64,000 nt of DNA from Euglena gracilis (Eukaryota): assembly GCA_039621445.1 (NCBI GenBank), contig CP154954.1, positions 9,550,634 to 9,614,633 on the forward strand. Reading direction: 5' to 3'. This document shows positions 1 through 10,000 of the stretch, piece after piece (position 1 is the stretch's first letter; every line of letters starts with the position of its first letter). A program made the translations under genes and the position numbers. The notes beneath the pieces were generated by a model. It ran no database searches. It had not been told where the DNA came from and was given only the letters and a program-made list of their open reading frames with translations.

Positions 1-693
1 AACCCCCTCCACAAAAAGTTTGGCTTTGAATTCATCAGCCACCAAAAGTTCTGTTTTGAGCACTTCCAACACTCTCCTCAAATCTTTTTCATGTGCCCCC
101 ACTAGATCCTCCCCTTCCCCGACCGTTGTCCACACCAGTATGTCGTCTATGTCCCCTGTGGCGATATCCCTTACTGGTGTCAAACGGTCATCGATCATTT
201 GCTGAAATTGTTGGGGGGCATTTGTCAAACCCATTACGTTCACCCTCCACTGAAAAATCCCTTTGGGGGTGAAACAACACGTTATGGGTCGACTTTCTGG
301 GTGTGAAGGTTGTTGGTGAAAAGCTTGATTTGAATCAATGATCGAAAACATTTGGTTTGCACCATGTTTGACAAAATGTCTTCAATTTTGGGTAAGGGGT
401 AGTTGCATCGCCTTGTTTGGCTGTTTGGGCCCCTGAGGTCCACCACCCCCCTCCAAGGAGAATCGTTGGATTTTTTTGGAACTGGAAAAGTCTGGGACAG
501 CCATTCAGAATTTTTGGCTGTGGCTGGCTCAATGTATTTTTTGTCGAGCCAGTCTTGGGTGATTTTTTCAAGTTCCTCTTTCCTCTCAGCATACATGAAA
601 AAAGGCTTCTGTCTGGTTGGCTTTGCCCCCTCCTTCAAAGGTATGTATGCATAACCATATTGTCCTCTTTCGGGGGGGGTCTGGAAATGGCGA
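1..693 (-). pseudogene. Reverse transcriptase (Ty3/Gypsy type), frameshifted, truncated by window edge
   Basis: Reconstructed: DPP/ERGQYGYAYIPLKEGAKPTRQKPF...SEWLSQTFPVPKK..WRGVVDLRGPNSQT..YPLPKIEDIL/KHGANQMFSIIDSNQAFHQ...FTPKGIFQWRVNVMGLTNAPQQFQQMID...TGDIDDILV. Frameshifts lie in the G8 run at 672-679 and near 371. The YxDD motif reads DIDD (142-153). Confidence 0.92.
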
Positions 694-1049
694 TTACCGA
701 AATACCGTCCCCCGGTAATCTTCCAAAACTTGTTCCCTCAACTTGACTACCCGTTCCTCCTCTTTTTTGTCCTCCCCCTCCCTTGCAATTATCATTCGGT
801 TGACAACTTGCACTGGGGGGTCACTTCCTTCCAAATTTGTGGCAACCTCCCCCAAGTCCTCGTCACTCAAAAATTGCAAGTCCTGGTCCAACCCTTCCAA
901 TGGCAAACAAAGACCAAGTTTTTGCAACCCAAACGAAGACCCGTCCGCCACAGTCACATTGTCCACTAAAACATTTGTGTCATCCCTGAATTTTTGCGGA
1001 CCCCTCCGTCCTTCAACACCCCGCAAAAAAATCAGGTCGGGGCTGTCTT

Positions 1050-1400
1050 TCACCAATGCCTTGTGGTGTGGAAAAATTCCCAGTTTTGCCTCCGCCAACC
1101 ATGGATAAGAAAGAATGGCATCAACTTTGATGTTTGCCTCATAAAATTCAAACTCATATTCCACAAACTCAATTTCCCTTTCCTCATTCGAATTTTGTTG
1201 AAGGATCATTTTCACCTTAGCACATCTGCTCCCCCCCGCCAAAGTTTGCCCATTGGCTGTTTCAAACCTTAACGGGTCCTTAGCAGGATACATTAGGTGG
1301 TCCCCTATCAACCCTTGTCGAATGAGGTTTGCCTCAGCCCCCGTGTCAATTAAAATTCTGGCCGTTTTTTCCTCCCCATTTGCCAACCGTATCTGTGTTT
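1050..1400 (-). CDS. Retropepsin-type aspartic protease domain (part of ORF 694..1761)
   Basis: ARILIDTGAEANLI (catalytic DTG at 1339-1347), flap-like FETANGQTL, and C-terminal AILSYPWL (ILGxxWL-like). Confidence 0.9.
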
Positions 1401-1533
1401 TTAACAGCAGTTGTCTGTCCTCCCCAAGTTTCTTTGCTCCTCCCCGAGTGTTTGTCCCTCTCAACATTCTTTTTTTCAGCCGCACCAATTTTTTCTTTCC
1501 TGGGGCTGCCCCCCCCTGGGAGGGTTGCCTTCT

Positions 1534-1917
1534 ATCAATCAACAAGGCCCACACCCCCCAACGGGTACCCCTCAAAATCCACCCATCAGCCTCAAACAAC
1601 TTTGTCCCCTTGGGAAAATAAATCTTTTTGACAGCAATAGCCACCAGATTTCTCACCCACCTCCTATTCCAGTCTGGGCAAATACAAATTGCCCGACAAT
1701 TGGAATTTTGCAATTTTTCAGCCACCTCAGGCCACAAAGTCCAGGGGGGGTTCATCCACAACGTTTCCTCCGCCCCCCATTCCTTTTTCGTGGCATCATC
1801 ATCCTCCCCATAAAACTTTTCACACCTGGCATTTTGGCTGGTTGCAAAACAATCCCGTTACGCCTTAACCCGAAATTCATTCTCAATTTCCTCCATACAA
1901 ACTTTCCTAACAGCATA
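1534..1917 (-). pseudogene. Dam-like (phage/DIRS-type) N6-adenine or amino DNA methyltransferase domain, one in-frame stop
   Basis: YAVRKVCMEEIENEFRVKA*RDCFATSQNARCEKFYGEDDDATKKEWGAEETLWMNPPWTLWPEVAEKL...AICICPDWNRRW. It has DxFA-xxxNA-C (SAM-binding-like, 1843-1854), catalytic NPPW (1741-1752) and a downstream PxW. ORFs 1858..2364 and 694..1761 share a frame and are separated by one TAA at 1858-1860. Confidence 0.85.
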
Positions 1918-1959
1918 ATCCTCCCTACGATATCCGCTTTTTCGTTCCAACACGGTTAA

Positions 1960-2545
1960 CAAATACTCCACCAGTTGTTTGGGCACCCTCCATTTTTTCT
2001 GAGTACCAACTGTCATTCCATATCCTCCCAAATTTTCTTGGTGACTCCTCCCCCCAGGAATCAAATTCGGGCAGGTCTGGCCATCACAAAGTTTGTTTTG
2101 TAGCTTGCTCAGATTTTCGCTCCCCCAGATTCGGGTGGGCTTTTGATATCCCCATTCTGAAAATTGACAATAATCAACATCGACAAAGGTCAGATTTTGA
2201 ACACAGGGTCTTTTTCGAAGCAACCCATGACGGGGATTTTCAATCCACCACAACTTTGGGTCGAAATATTCGACAATTTCCAAAGTTTTTTTGACCAGCC
2301 GATCTGCCTCCTCCAAATTTCTGACTCCCAACGTTTTGGCCAAGCTATATTCTGTACAGGGCACCCCCGCAGCGATGATCTGAAAATATCCGGGGGGTTA
2401 CCTCCAATATCTCCACTCCAAAATATTTGCACAGTGGGTTGGGTTAAATCTGGGGTTTATGTCCACTGACACAACCTTAAACCCCTGCTCTCTCAGGCAA
2501 TCCCCAACCGAGCCTTTACCGCAAAAAAATGTCTAAAGCTCTTTT
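1960..2545 (-). pseudogene. C5-cytosine DNA methyltransferase domain (compact), one frameshift and one stop
   Basis: Removing one base from the A7 run at 2523-2529 gives RALDIFCGKGSVG (motif I FxGxG), VVSVDIN (II), IIAAGVPCTEYS (IV, catalytic Cys at 2356-2358), WWIENP (VI, 2233-2241), DVDYCQF..GYQKPTRIW (VII-VIII) and WRVPKQLVEYLL (X-like). There is an in-frame TAA at 2398-2400. Confidence 0.92.
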
Positions 2546-2809
2546 CCTTACGGAAGGCTGTGCACGACCTCTTATGAGGTCTGATTCTTTACAGATTTGG
2601 GCCGAGTCACAGATTTGCACGTCACGCAGGCACGCACCCGACACACTGGACACACCTTGTGCAGAGATCTCCTGGGATGGCAGATTTTTCATCGTGGTTT
2701 CACTCGCACGAGATTTTTCATGCCACCTGGGATTTGTGTATGTCTTTGTGTGGGGCTGGGTATGTGAGCCCGGGGCGGCCCCCGCCCCCAACGGTCCACC
2801 CCGGCTATC

Positions 2810-3352
2810 CTAGCAACGGTTTCCTTTCCCCCTTCCTTTGCCTTTGCCTTTTCCACCATCTTGGCCCTTTCCCCTAGACCAGTCATTTCCATTGTTTCCT
2901 TTCCCCCAAGAATTGTTTCCTTTGCCCTTTCCTTTGCCTTTGCCTTTGCCACCACCAAACTGTGAATCAAAATTCTGTTGATTTGAGTGCCACCACTGAT
3001 TTCCCTGAAAATTGGCATTGGCATTGGAATTCCTCCCAGAATCGTTTCTCCATCCACCCCCATTGCCAAATTGAGATTGCTGGGGGGGTGAATATGACTG
3101 TGATCGAACCACTGGCACTGGATTTTGCACTTGGGGGTTCGCGTTTGCATCGGTCGCCGGAGCTGCCACCTGTGAATCTGATTTTTCAACGGACGGTTTT
3201 ACCACCGTTTCGCCCCCCTTTGCTGACCGTGCTGGGGAGGGTGTCCTGGACCCCTTGGCCCGATCTGCCTTTTCAGTCCTGGCCCTCCGGTTTCCGGACC
3301 CATTTGGCTCTCCGGAACTGTGTAACATGTCTTGATTATCCCTGGATGACAA
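2810..3352 (-). CDS. Low-complexity Gag C-terminal/linker region (Gly/Lys/Asn-rich, GKGKGKG repeats)
   Basis: ORF 2810..3352 lies between the Gag-like and MTase domains. No intact CCHC knuckle is visible. Confidence 0.55.
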   Translation of the reverse strand: MSSRDNQDMLHSSGEPNGSGNRRARTEKADRAKGSRTPSPARSAKGGETVVKPSVEKSDSQVAAPATDANANPQVQNPVPVVRSQSYSPPQQSQFGNGGGWRNDSGRNSNANANFQGNQWWHSNQQNFDSQFGGGKGKGKGKGKGNNSWGKGNNGNDWSRGKGQDGGKGKGKGRGKGNRC

Positions 3353-3422
3353 TTTTCGCTCAACAAAACGGAAAATTTCTTCAGCTCACATTTTTGACTG
3401 TTCCTCCACAATTTTGATTCTT

Positions 3423-4010
3423 TTATCCGTGCCTGTGATTGGTTTCACACTGACCTCTTTCAGTTTGTAGCAAATCGTAGTATAGGGCAAAAAGACTTCG
3501 AACTCCAGCGGTGAAACTTTCGAAACCTTGCAGGGCTTTTTCCCCAGTGACCCGTTCCACAGCACACATACTGTTTTCCTCCGTTGCTGGCACTCCAGGG
3601 TACATTTTGACTTTCGGTCCACACGTTGATTTCCTTTCCTCCTCATCGGCGACCCAATGCAAAATGAAATTTGGCAGTTTTCCTTTGACCAGTCTTTCTG
3701 CCTCATCGTCAGTGGCGCTTTTCACCTGTCTCCAGGCCATTTTGAAATTTATGACAAAGTCTTGCCATTCCCGTACAGTAATTTTCCCTTGGTTCACAAG
3801 GTGGACATCATTCCATTTTTTTTTGTTATTTTCGTACTTAGTTCCAGCATATTTCCCGTCAATTCTGTCAAATTTCTCGTCGAAAGATGTTTTTTGGTTC
3901 AATTCCATTCTGGATTGTAATTCCTTTTTATTTGTGTCGTCCAGCGTCATTGCAAAAAGCCTAAGTTTGAGTGAATCAGACACATGTCCATTTTTGTCAA
4001 AATAACCAAC
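3423..4010 (-). CDS. Gag/capsid-like domain, 5' end interrupted by a repeat insertion
   Basis: Helical charged ORF (SDSLKLRLFAMTLDD..KKKWNDVHLVNQGKITVREWQDFVINFKMAW..LPNFILHWVADEEERK) in the Gag position. The sequence above ~4010 belongs to a dispersed repeat family. Assignment is by position and composition only. Confidence 0.6.
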   Translation of the reverse strand, partial: VGYFDKNGHVSDSLKLRLFAMTLDDTNKKELQSRMELNQKTSFDEKFDRIDGKYAGTKYENNKKKWNDVHLVNQGKITVREWQDFVINFKMAWRQVKSATDDEAERLVKGKLPNFILHWVADEEERKSTCGPKVKMYPGVPATEENSMCAVERVTGEKALQGFESFTAGVRSLFALYYDLLQTERGQCETNHRHG

Positions 4011-6399
4011 GTCCTGAACTACGCAAAAAACGCCGGAACTTTGTTTAAAAGGGGTCAAAAAAATAGCCAAAAATAGCCTTTTCTGGTAGTTTTTTTGGGG
4101 GGGGCTTTCACCTCAAATTTTGGGCTGAAAAAAGCCAAGCCAGCTGGATCTGAAGGCTTTCTTTGCCTGTTCTCGGGTGCCGGCCGGGTGCAGCCTGGCA
4201 TCTAGTCGGACCCACCCCCCCCGGACCCTCCACCCCCCAGGGGGGCCCATCCAACACCTTTTTTCCAGCTTCTGGGCTGGCCCCCGGGATCCTCAAAAAA
4301 GTCCCTGCCTCAGGGAGGTGTGGTTTTATTTTGGGGAGGGGGGTTGGATTGGGCGGGAAAATCGAATTTCCATGACCAAACATTTTTTTCCAAAAAAATG
4401 CATTTTCAGTGAGAAAGATCGTTGAGATAAATCTGTCAGGTGACAGGTCAGCGAGTACAGAGGTAGGTGACAGGTCTCCATGGTGACATGGTGACAGGTC
4501 AGTGAGTACAGGGCTCAGGTGACAGTTTCCAGGGGGGGGGGGAGGTATGTGCAGGTTACTGAATGTCAAAAACCTGGCACCCGGGAGAAGGTTCACTGTA
4601 ACCCCAGGTGGGGTGAAGCTTCGGTCACCCACCCCTTGGGGTCACCCACCAATCGCCATGCATCACGCTGCATCGCGATTGGTGGGGGTGAGTTGGGCCG
4701 AAAGCAAACCCTCTCAAGAGCGTTTCACCACCTGCCCACCACGGTGAAAACTCAACTCTGGATATCAGTGCGTCCTATGCAGCAAAAATGTGCAATAGGC
4801 CAACACCCGTGGCTTCGGCCGAAAACTGAGCTCTTGTGTGCAGAATTTCAGGCTAGAGTGGCCATCATGGGTGGACTGGAGAGGATGGGAATGGCTTATT
4901 AGAGAGAGAGGCGGACGGGGGCGTCAACACCAAATGATGAGCTCGGGCGACTCAGCGCTGACGGCAGACCAGCTGCCAGATGACAGGAGATGACTGAAAG
5001 ACAGGAGGGGGGGGGTGGTGGTTTGGAAAGCTTGGATGGCCCTGTCGGGCATGGCAACAAACACAGTCTGGCTTCCCACGGTTCAGATACAGCCGATGCG
5101 CGCAGCCAAAGTTCGGCACAACAATGCTCAAATGGACGTGCAGCAGCCACCTACAAAAAGGAAATTTTATTGAATGGCAGCGAAGGACACCTACATCAAG
5201 TAGCACAAAATGGCTCCTTAAAGAGCCTTGTCTGCGGGGGTGGAGTTTCTGAGACCGCCCGATTTCTTTCACTCTTCAGATGCTTAAAGAAAAGCCTTGA
5301 AGCATTGAAAACATGGCACTTTAATCCCCCCCAACATACATCCTCCCCAATTTTTTCAGATTTGTGCATTCTTTGTGCATGCGTTTTTTTGCAACGTGAC
5401 ATTTTCCTCAAATTCCCATTTGACTTTTTTAAAAAGTGCGTCATTTTTGCATTTTTGGTATTTTTTGCACTTCCGGGCTTCTTGCTCCTTTTCTACCAGA
5501 TTGCACATTTCTGTGAATTTTAAAAGGGGGTTATGTCTCCCAAAATTTGTGGATATTGGCAGCCTCCCTTTCCATAACCAGAGGGAATGCACCAGCCTGG
5601 CTGAGAAAAAAAAAATGCGCAAAAAAGAGCGCATTTTCACTCTCAAAAAAATCTAGCAAAAAATGCACAAAAAATCGATAAGCATTCCCCCCCATGCCAT
5701 AATCCACACTGGCGCACACCACCTCTTTTCCAAACCATACATCTCTTTAAGGACCCCGGGGAGGGGGGTTGCTGGGCTAGGGCTAGAAATTTGGGTTGGC
5801 AAGAAATTTGGGCGGCTTGCCCCTCCCCCCCCGGGGGGGGGGGGGGGGGGGGCTGGACCCCGGTTTGACCCGAGCCGGGGCGAGCTGGACTGAAATTGGA
5901 AAAATGCCCAAAAATGACCTGCGAAACACAGTTTTGAAAAAATGACGCATCTGAAACCCCCCAAAAATGCCCCAAACGGCCCCCAAACCCCATTTTTGGC
6001 CACTTTTGAACACAGTTTTTTTCAAAAAATTTCGGCGCTTTGCGCCGAAAAATTTTGGGCTGGACCCCCAAAAAGGGGCTGGCTAGCTAGGGCCAGCAGC
6101 ACCCCCCCTCCCCGGGGGAGGGGGCTGCTGCGGCTGGGCTGGGCCCAAATCGGGGCTGGCTGCAACCGCCCCCCCGGGGGGGGGGGGGGGCGCAAAACCT
6201 TAGAGAGATGTATGTCCCAAACCCTCATCTGATGCATCCCTATTTGTCTTCTGTCTGCAAATGTCCACTCGAATTCTTATCTGTGCCAGTCTGAATTATG
6301 GCGATCATCCGCACAAACACAAATGCATCCTTGCGCCTCCACCCCCAAAAATCCACAAAGACATCCGGTGAAGGGGCAACCCCCTTGGGTTCCCGGGCC

Positions 6400-6593
6400 T
6401 GGCAACAGCCTGGTCGCCACTGGCGCGCACAAAGCAGCCGGCCCCTCTGTCGGGGGTCTGCAGGAGCACCCCGCCTTCCACGGGCACCGGTGTGACGGCC
6501 GTGAGGAGGGGGCCAGCCGCAGCGTCCACCAGAGAACGGATGGGGCTGACATTTGAGATTTGGGAGCCACACACACGCGCACGCACACCCCCA

Positions 6594-6638
<45 letters not shown>

Positions 6639-7002
6639 ACACGCACACAACACGCACACACACACACACACAACACACACACACACACACACAACACACA
6701 CACACACACACACCACACGCACACACACACACACACACACACAACACACACACACACACAACACACAACACACACACACGCACAACACGTACACAACACA
6801 CAACGCACAACACACACACAACACACAACACACACACACAAAACACGCACAACACGTACACAACACACAACACACACACACACACACCGCACACAAAACA
6901 CACACACACAACACACACACAACACACCCACAACCCCCACACACACCACACACCACGCACACAAGACAAACAACACACAACACACACACACACACACACA
7001 CA

Positions 7003-7039
<37 letters not shown>

Positions 7040-10000
7040 TATTATGTAGATTATATATATATATTATTTCAAACTGAAAAGTGACTCTCTTAAATTGGAA
7101 AGTCTTCCCACATATCAAAAATCTGCTTGCGGGTGGGGGCTGACCCTTTGCGATCGGGATGGCAGCGTTGCCCTCAGGGGTCATGGTTTGACAGTCTTGC
7201 ACACCTACAGCCATTGACCTAAATGGAGAATCAGTTGTGAATCACAGAATCGTACCCCTGGGACAAAAGGTTCGGGAAACTTTGGCCGACAGGACGTCGC
7301 AAGTCAGGCGCAAACGTCGAAACCAAAAGTGGAATTGTTTAGCCGTTGGAAGGGAAGACTCCTGTCCATCGTGATGCGGAACGTCGGCGTCGGAAGGGTC
7401 CTCTTCCTTTGGGACTTGTTTGCGGGCACTCTCTTATCCAGACCCAAGAATGATTTTTTTTCTTGGACATTCTTCTGGACATCAAATATAATTCTGGACA
7501 TCAAATATGCGACCCAAAAGCAGACTGCCATCTCCCCCAGCCAAGAGCAATGTGCGGCTGTATTTTCTGCGGCAACCCCCTACTCGACTGTTGGGCAATA
7601 TGGCTGCGTCAAATGAGCCGAGGGAGGTTGATTCATTGGTTCCTTCACTCATAGCTATACTCCCCCCCCCCGGAAAACTGTCACCTGACAGGTCGAGGGT
7701 GTACGGGAAAACCTGAGGGGGGTCCACCCCCACAACACCAACCATGGCACTTGGGGACATTGATTCTGCGGAAGAGGCTGAAGAGGAAAATTCTGACTGA
7801 AAAAGGGGTCGGACCTCTGGATATGACTTGCCAACTGTTACGGAGGGACGTTTTTTTTGGGTCAGCACCAGCCCGGTGGCAGTCTTCCCAGGGTGGGGCT
7901 GTGCTGGAAACCTGGAAGCCCTGTGGGTGGAGGGCCGGGGGTCGACCCTTCTCCCCATCCAATCCTTCCAGGGGGGCCCCTGAAAAGCAAATCGCATCCA
8001 GCGGCCCCTCAGCTTGACCACCGCGAAACCACAGCATGGCAAACTTGTTAGGGTAATGAAAAGCCAATGGCGGGCAAAAAAAAAATATTCAAAAAAATAA
8101 AATAATTAACATAAAAAATATTGCGTACAAAAAAATGGGAAAAAAAGTAGTTCCCAGAGGCAGCCCGACCGGTCCACCCGCTGCCGCACCTTGGAGAACA
8201 GGCGGGCCGTGAAACCGGCCGGCCTTCGTGGCTCGGCCGGGGCGGGCTCCGGCAGCAGCCGGGCGGCGCCCCGGCCGGTCCCGGGGCTCTGTGGCAGGCC
8301 TGCGATGATGGGCCGGTGGGGCCAGGCTTCTGTCTAGTCCCGTGGTGGTCCCGAGGGGTTTGGGGAGGGGGGGGGGGGTTTGTTTACGACCCCGGGGGGG
8401 GTCCCGGGGAACCCACTCACTTCACGGCCCGAAGGCGCCAAAGTTTTGTTGAAAAAGGTGCTATTTTTAGCACTTTTTCGTGAAAGAGTGCTAAAAATAG
8501 CACCGTTTTCAACAAAAATTTGGCGCCTTCGGGCCGGACCCACACACCCAACCCCCCCCCCCAGAGTCCAAGACTAAAACACCCCTGGAGGGGTCCACCC
8601 GCCCGCCCACCCAGCCTGGTCCGGGGCAGGACCACCAGGGGGTGGGTGTCCGGCCCCAGACCCACCCGCCCAAAAGGGGGGCTTCCGAGGTACAAAGCAG
8701 CCTGGGTGTGGGGGCGTGCGGATGGCGCGGGGGTCACCGCCTGGGTGGAGGTCGCAGACCAAACCCATGCCGGTGGATCATGCAGAGTGTTTGAGGAACG
8801 CCAAGGGGCACACTTGAGGGACACCTCCCACGTCCACCACCGAACCCGGTGTGAGCTACAAAGAAAGGACGTGATTTGGCACTCTACTCCATCGTCCACA
8901 GCAAGAGCAACAGAGTTTCCAACTTTGGACAAATTCGGATTCTCACGAAGCCTTCCTAATGAACCCTACTGAGTACAGATGACGGTCACGTTCAGATAAC
9001 AATAAAACCCCCAAATATAACCCCCCCCCAAATATAAAACCCCCCTGAGGACCTTGAAATCTCGCCCAAATATCCCCCTCCGGCGCGAAGCGCCGGAAGG
9101 AAAAAAATTCGAAAAAATATCTCCTGAAATTGTGATTTATGTCAGATTTGGGAACAATTTTCACCAAAAACATGTGAAGGTTGCTCCTTCGCCCGAAAAG
9201 TGAAATGTTTGGACCCCGGGGGGTGGGTGTATTAGTGATTTTGGACCGAAAAAGTGACAACTGGATCCCGCCAGGAAGTTGAATTTTCCGACCGAATATA
9301 AAACCCCCAAATAGAAAAACCCCCTGGGGATCTTGAAATTTGCGCCCGAATATAAAACCGGGGGGGGTTGTATTTGGGGGGGGGGGTAACTTTCCTCCGC
9401 TCCAAATTCTTCCACCATCGGGAGAAAAACGTATTGCACAAAATCAGTTGGTAGGGGTGAAAATCAAACATTTGGTGCCAGTAAATTGGCACCTCGGAAC
9501 ATTTTGGGGGGGTCAAACATTTTTTCCCACACACGAGGGAAACGTGCGAACGGGACACAAATCTGCCATAAACTGAAATAAGCGGTGAACTAATAAACTG
9601 GCACGAATGGAATTGATGCGGCTCCCTCTCCACCCAGACCAAATAGCGTCCGGGTGGCCCACACTCCGGACTCCGGAGCTTCCTGCGAGAGCCGCAGCCG
9701 GCTGGGCAGCGCGGCCGACGCGGCTGCGGGGCCGGCTGGAAATGGGTGGGCGGGAGACCGCCGTCGGTGCAGGGAGGGCGAGAGGAGGGCAGGGGACTGG
9801 GGCCAGAACCTGCCTTTGGCAAAGAGTTCTTCCATGCCAGGGATGGGGAATGAAGATAGACAGGCAGAAATCACAGACTGCAAACACACATGAGGTGAGG
9901 TTTGCATGCATGGGTGTATGTGCTCGCGGATGCATGTGCACATGTGCATACCCATGTGCACATATTTGGACATACGTGCCAGAATCGGAGGTGTGCTGGC

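Larger units (their letters stand above)
1..4010 (-). mobile_element. Degenerate Ty3/Gypsy-like LTR retrotransposon internal region (gag - C5 DNA MTase - Dam-like MTase - protease - RT); continues beyond the left window edge
   Basis: Collinear minus-strand domains: Gag-like 3423-4010, C5-MTase ~1960-2545, NPPW amino-MTase ~1534-1917, protease LIDTGAEANLI, and RT with WRGVVDLRGPN / YPLPKIEDIL / VMGLTNAPQQFQ. Stops and frameshifts interrupt the frame. No LTR was identified, and RNase H/integrase would lie outside the window. Confidence 0.88.

Noticed and set aside
1534-2545. Bacterial restriction-modification locus or contaminant
   Set aside because: The MTases are in frame with a retropepsin and flanked by Gag-like and RT sequence. 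There is no endonuclease or operon structure.
1-4010. DIRS-type element (because of the Dam-like domain)
   Set aside because: The aspartic protease and RT motifs are Ty3/Gypsy-like and the MTase is upstream of RT. This is not fully excluded, because the integrase region lies outside the window.
4010-4900. 5' LTR / primer-binding site of the retrotransposon
   Set aside because: The region consists of dispersed repeat families seen elsewhere in the window, and no second copy is available to define an LTR.
6240-7214. Cys/Val- or His/Thr-rich long ORFs (also ~19.9-20.6, 28.1-28.6, 37.5 and 46.9-50 kb)
   Set aside because: They are translations of microsatellites.
7405-7430. LWDLFAGT as another methyltransferase motif I
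   Set aside because: It lacks the second Gly of FxGxG and any downstream motifs.
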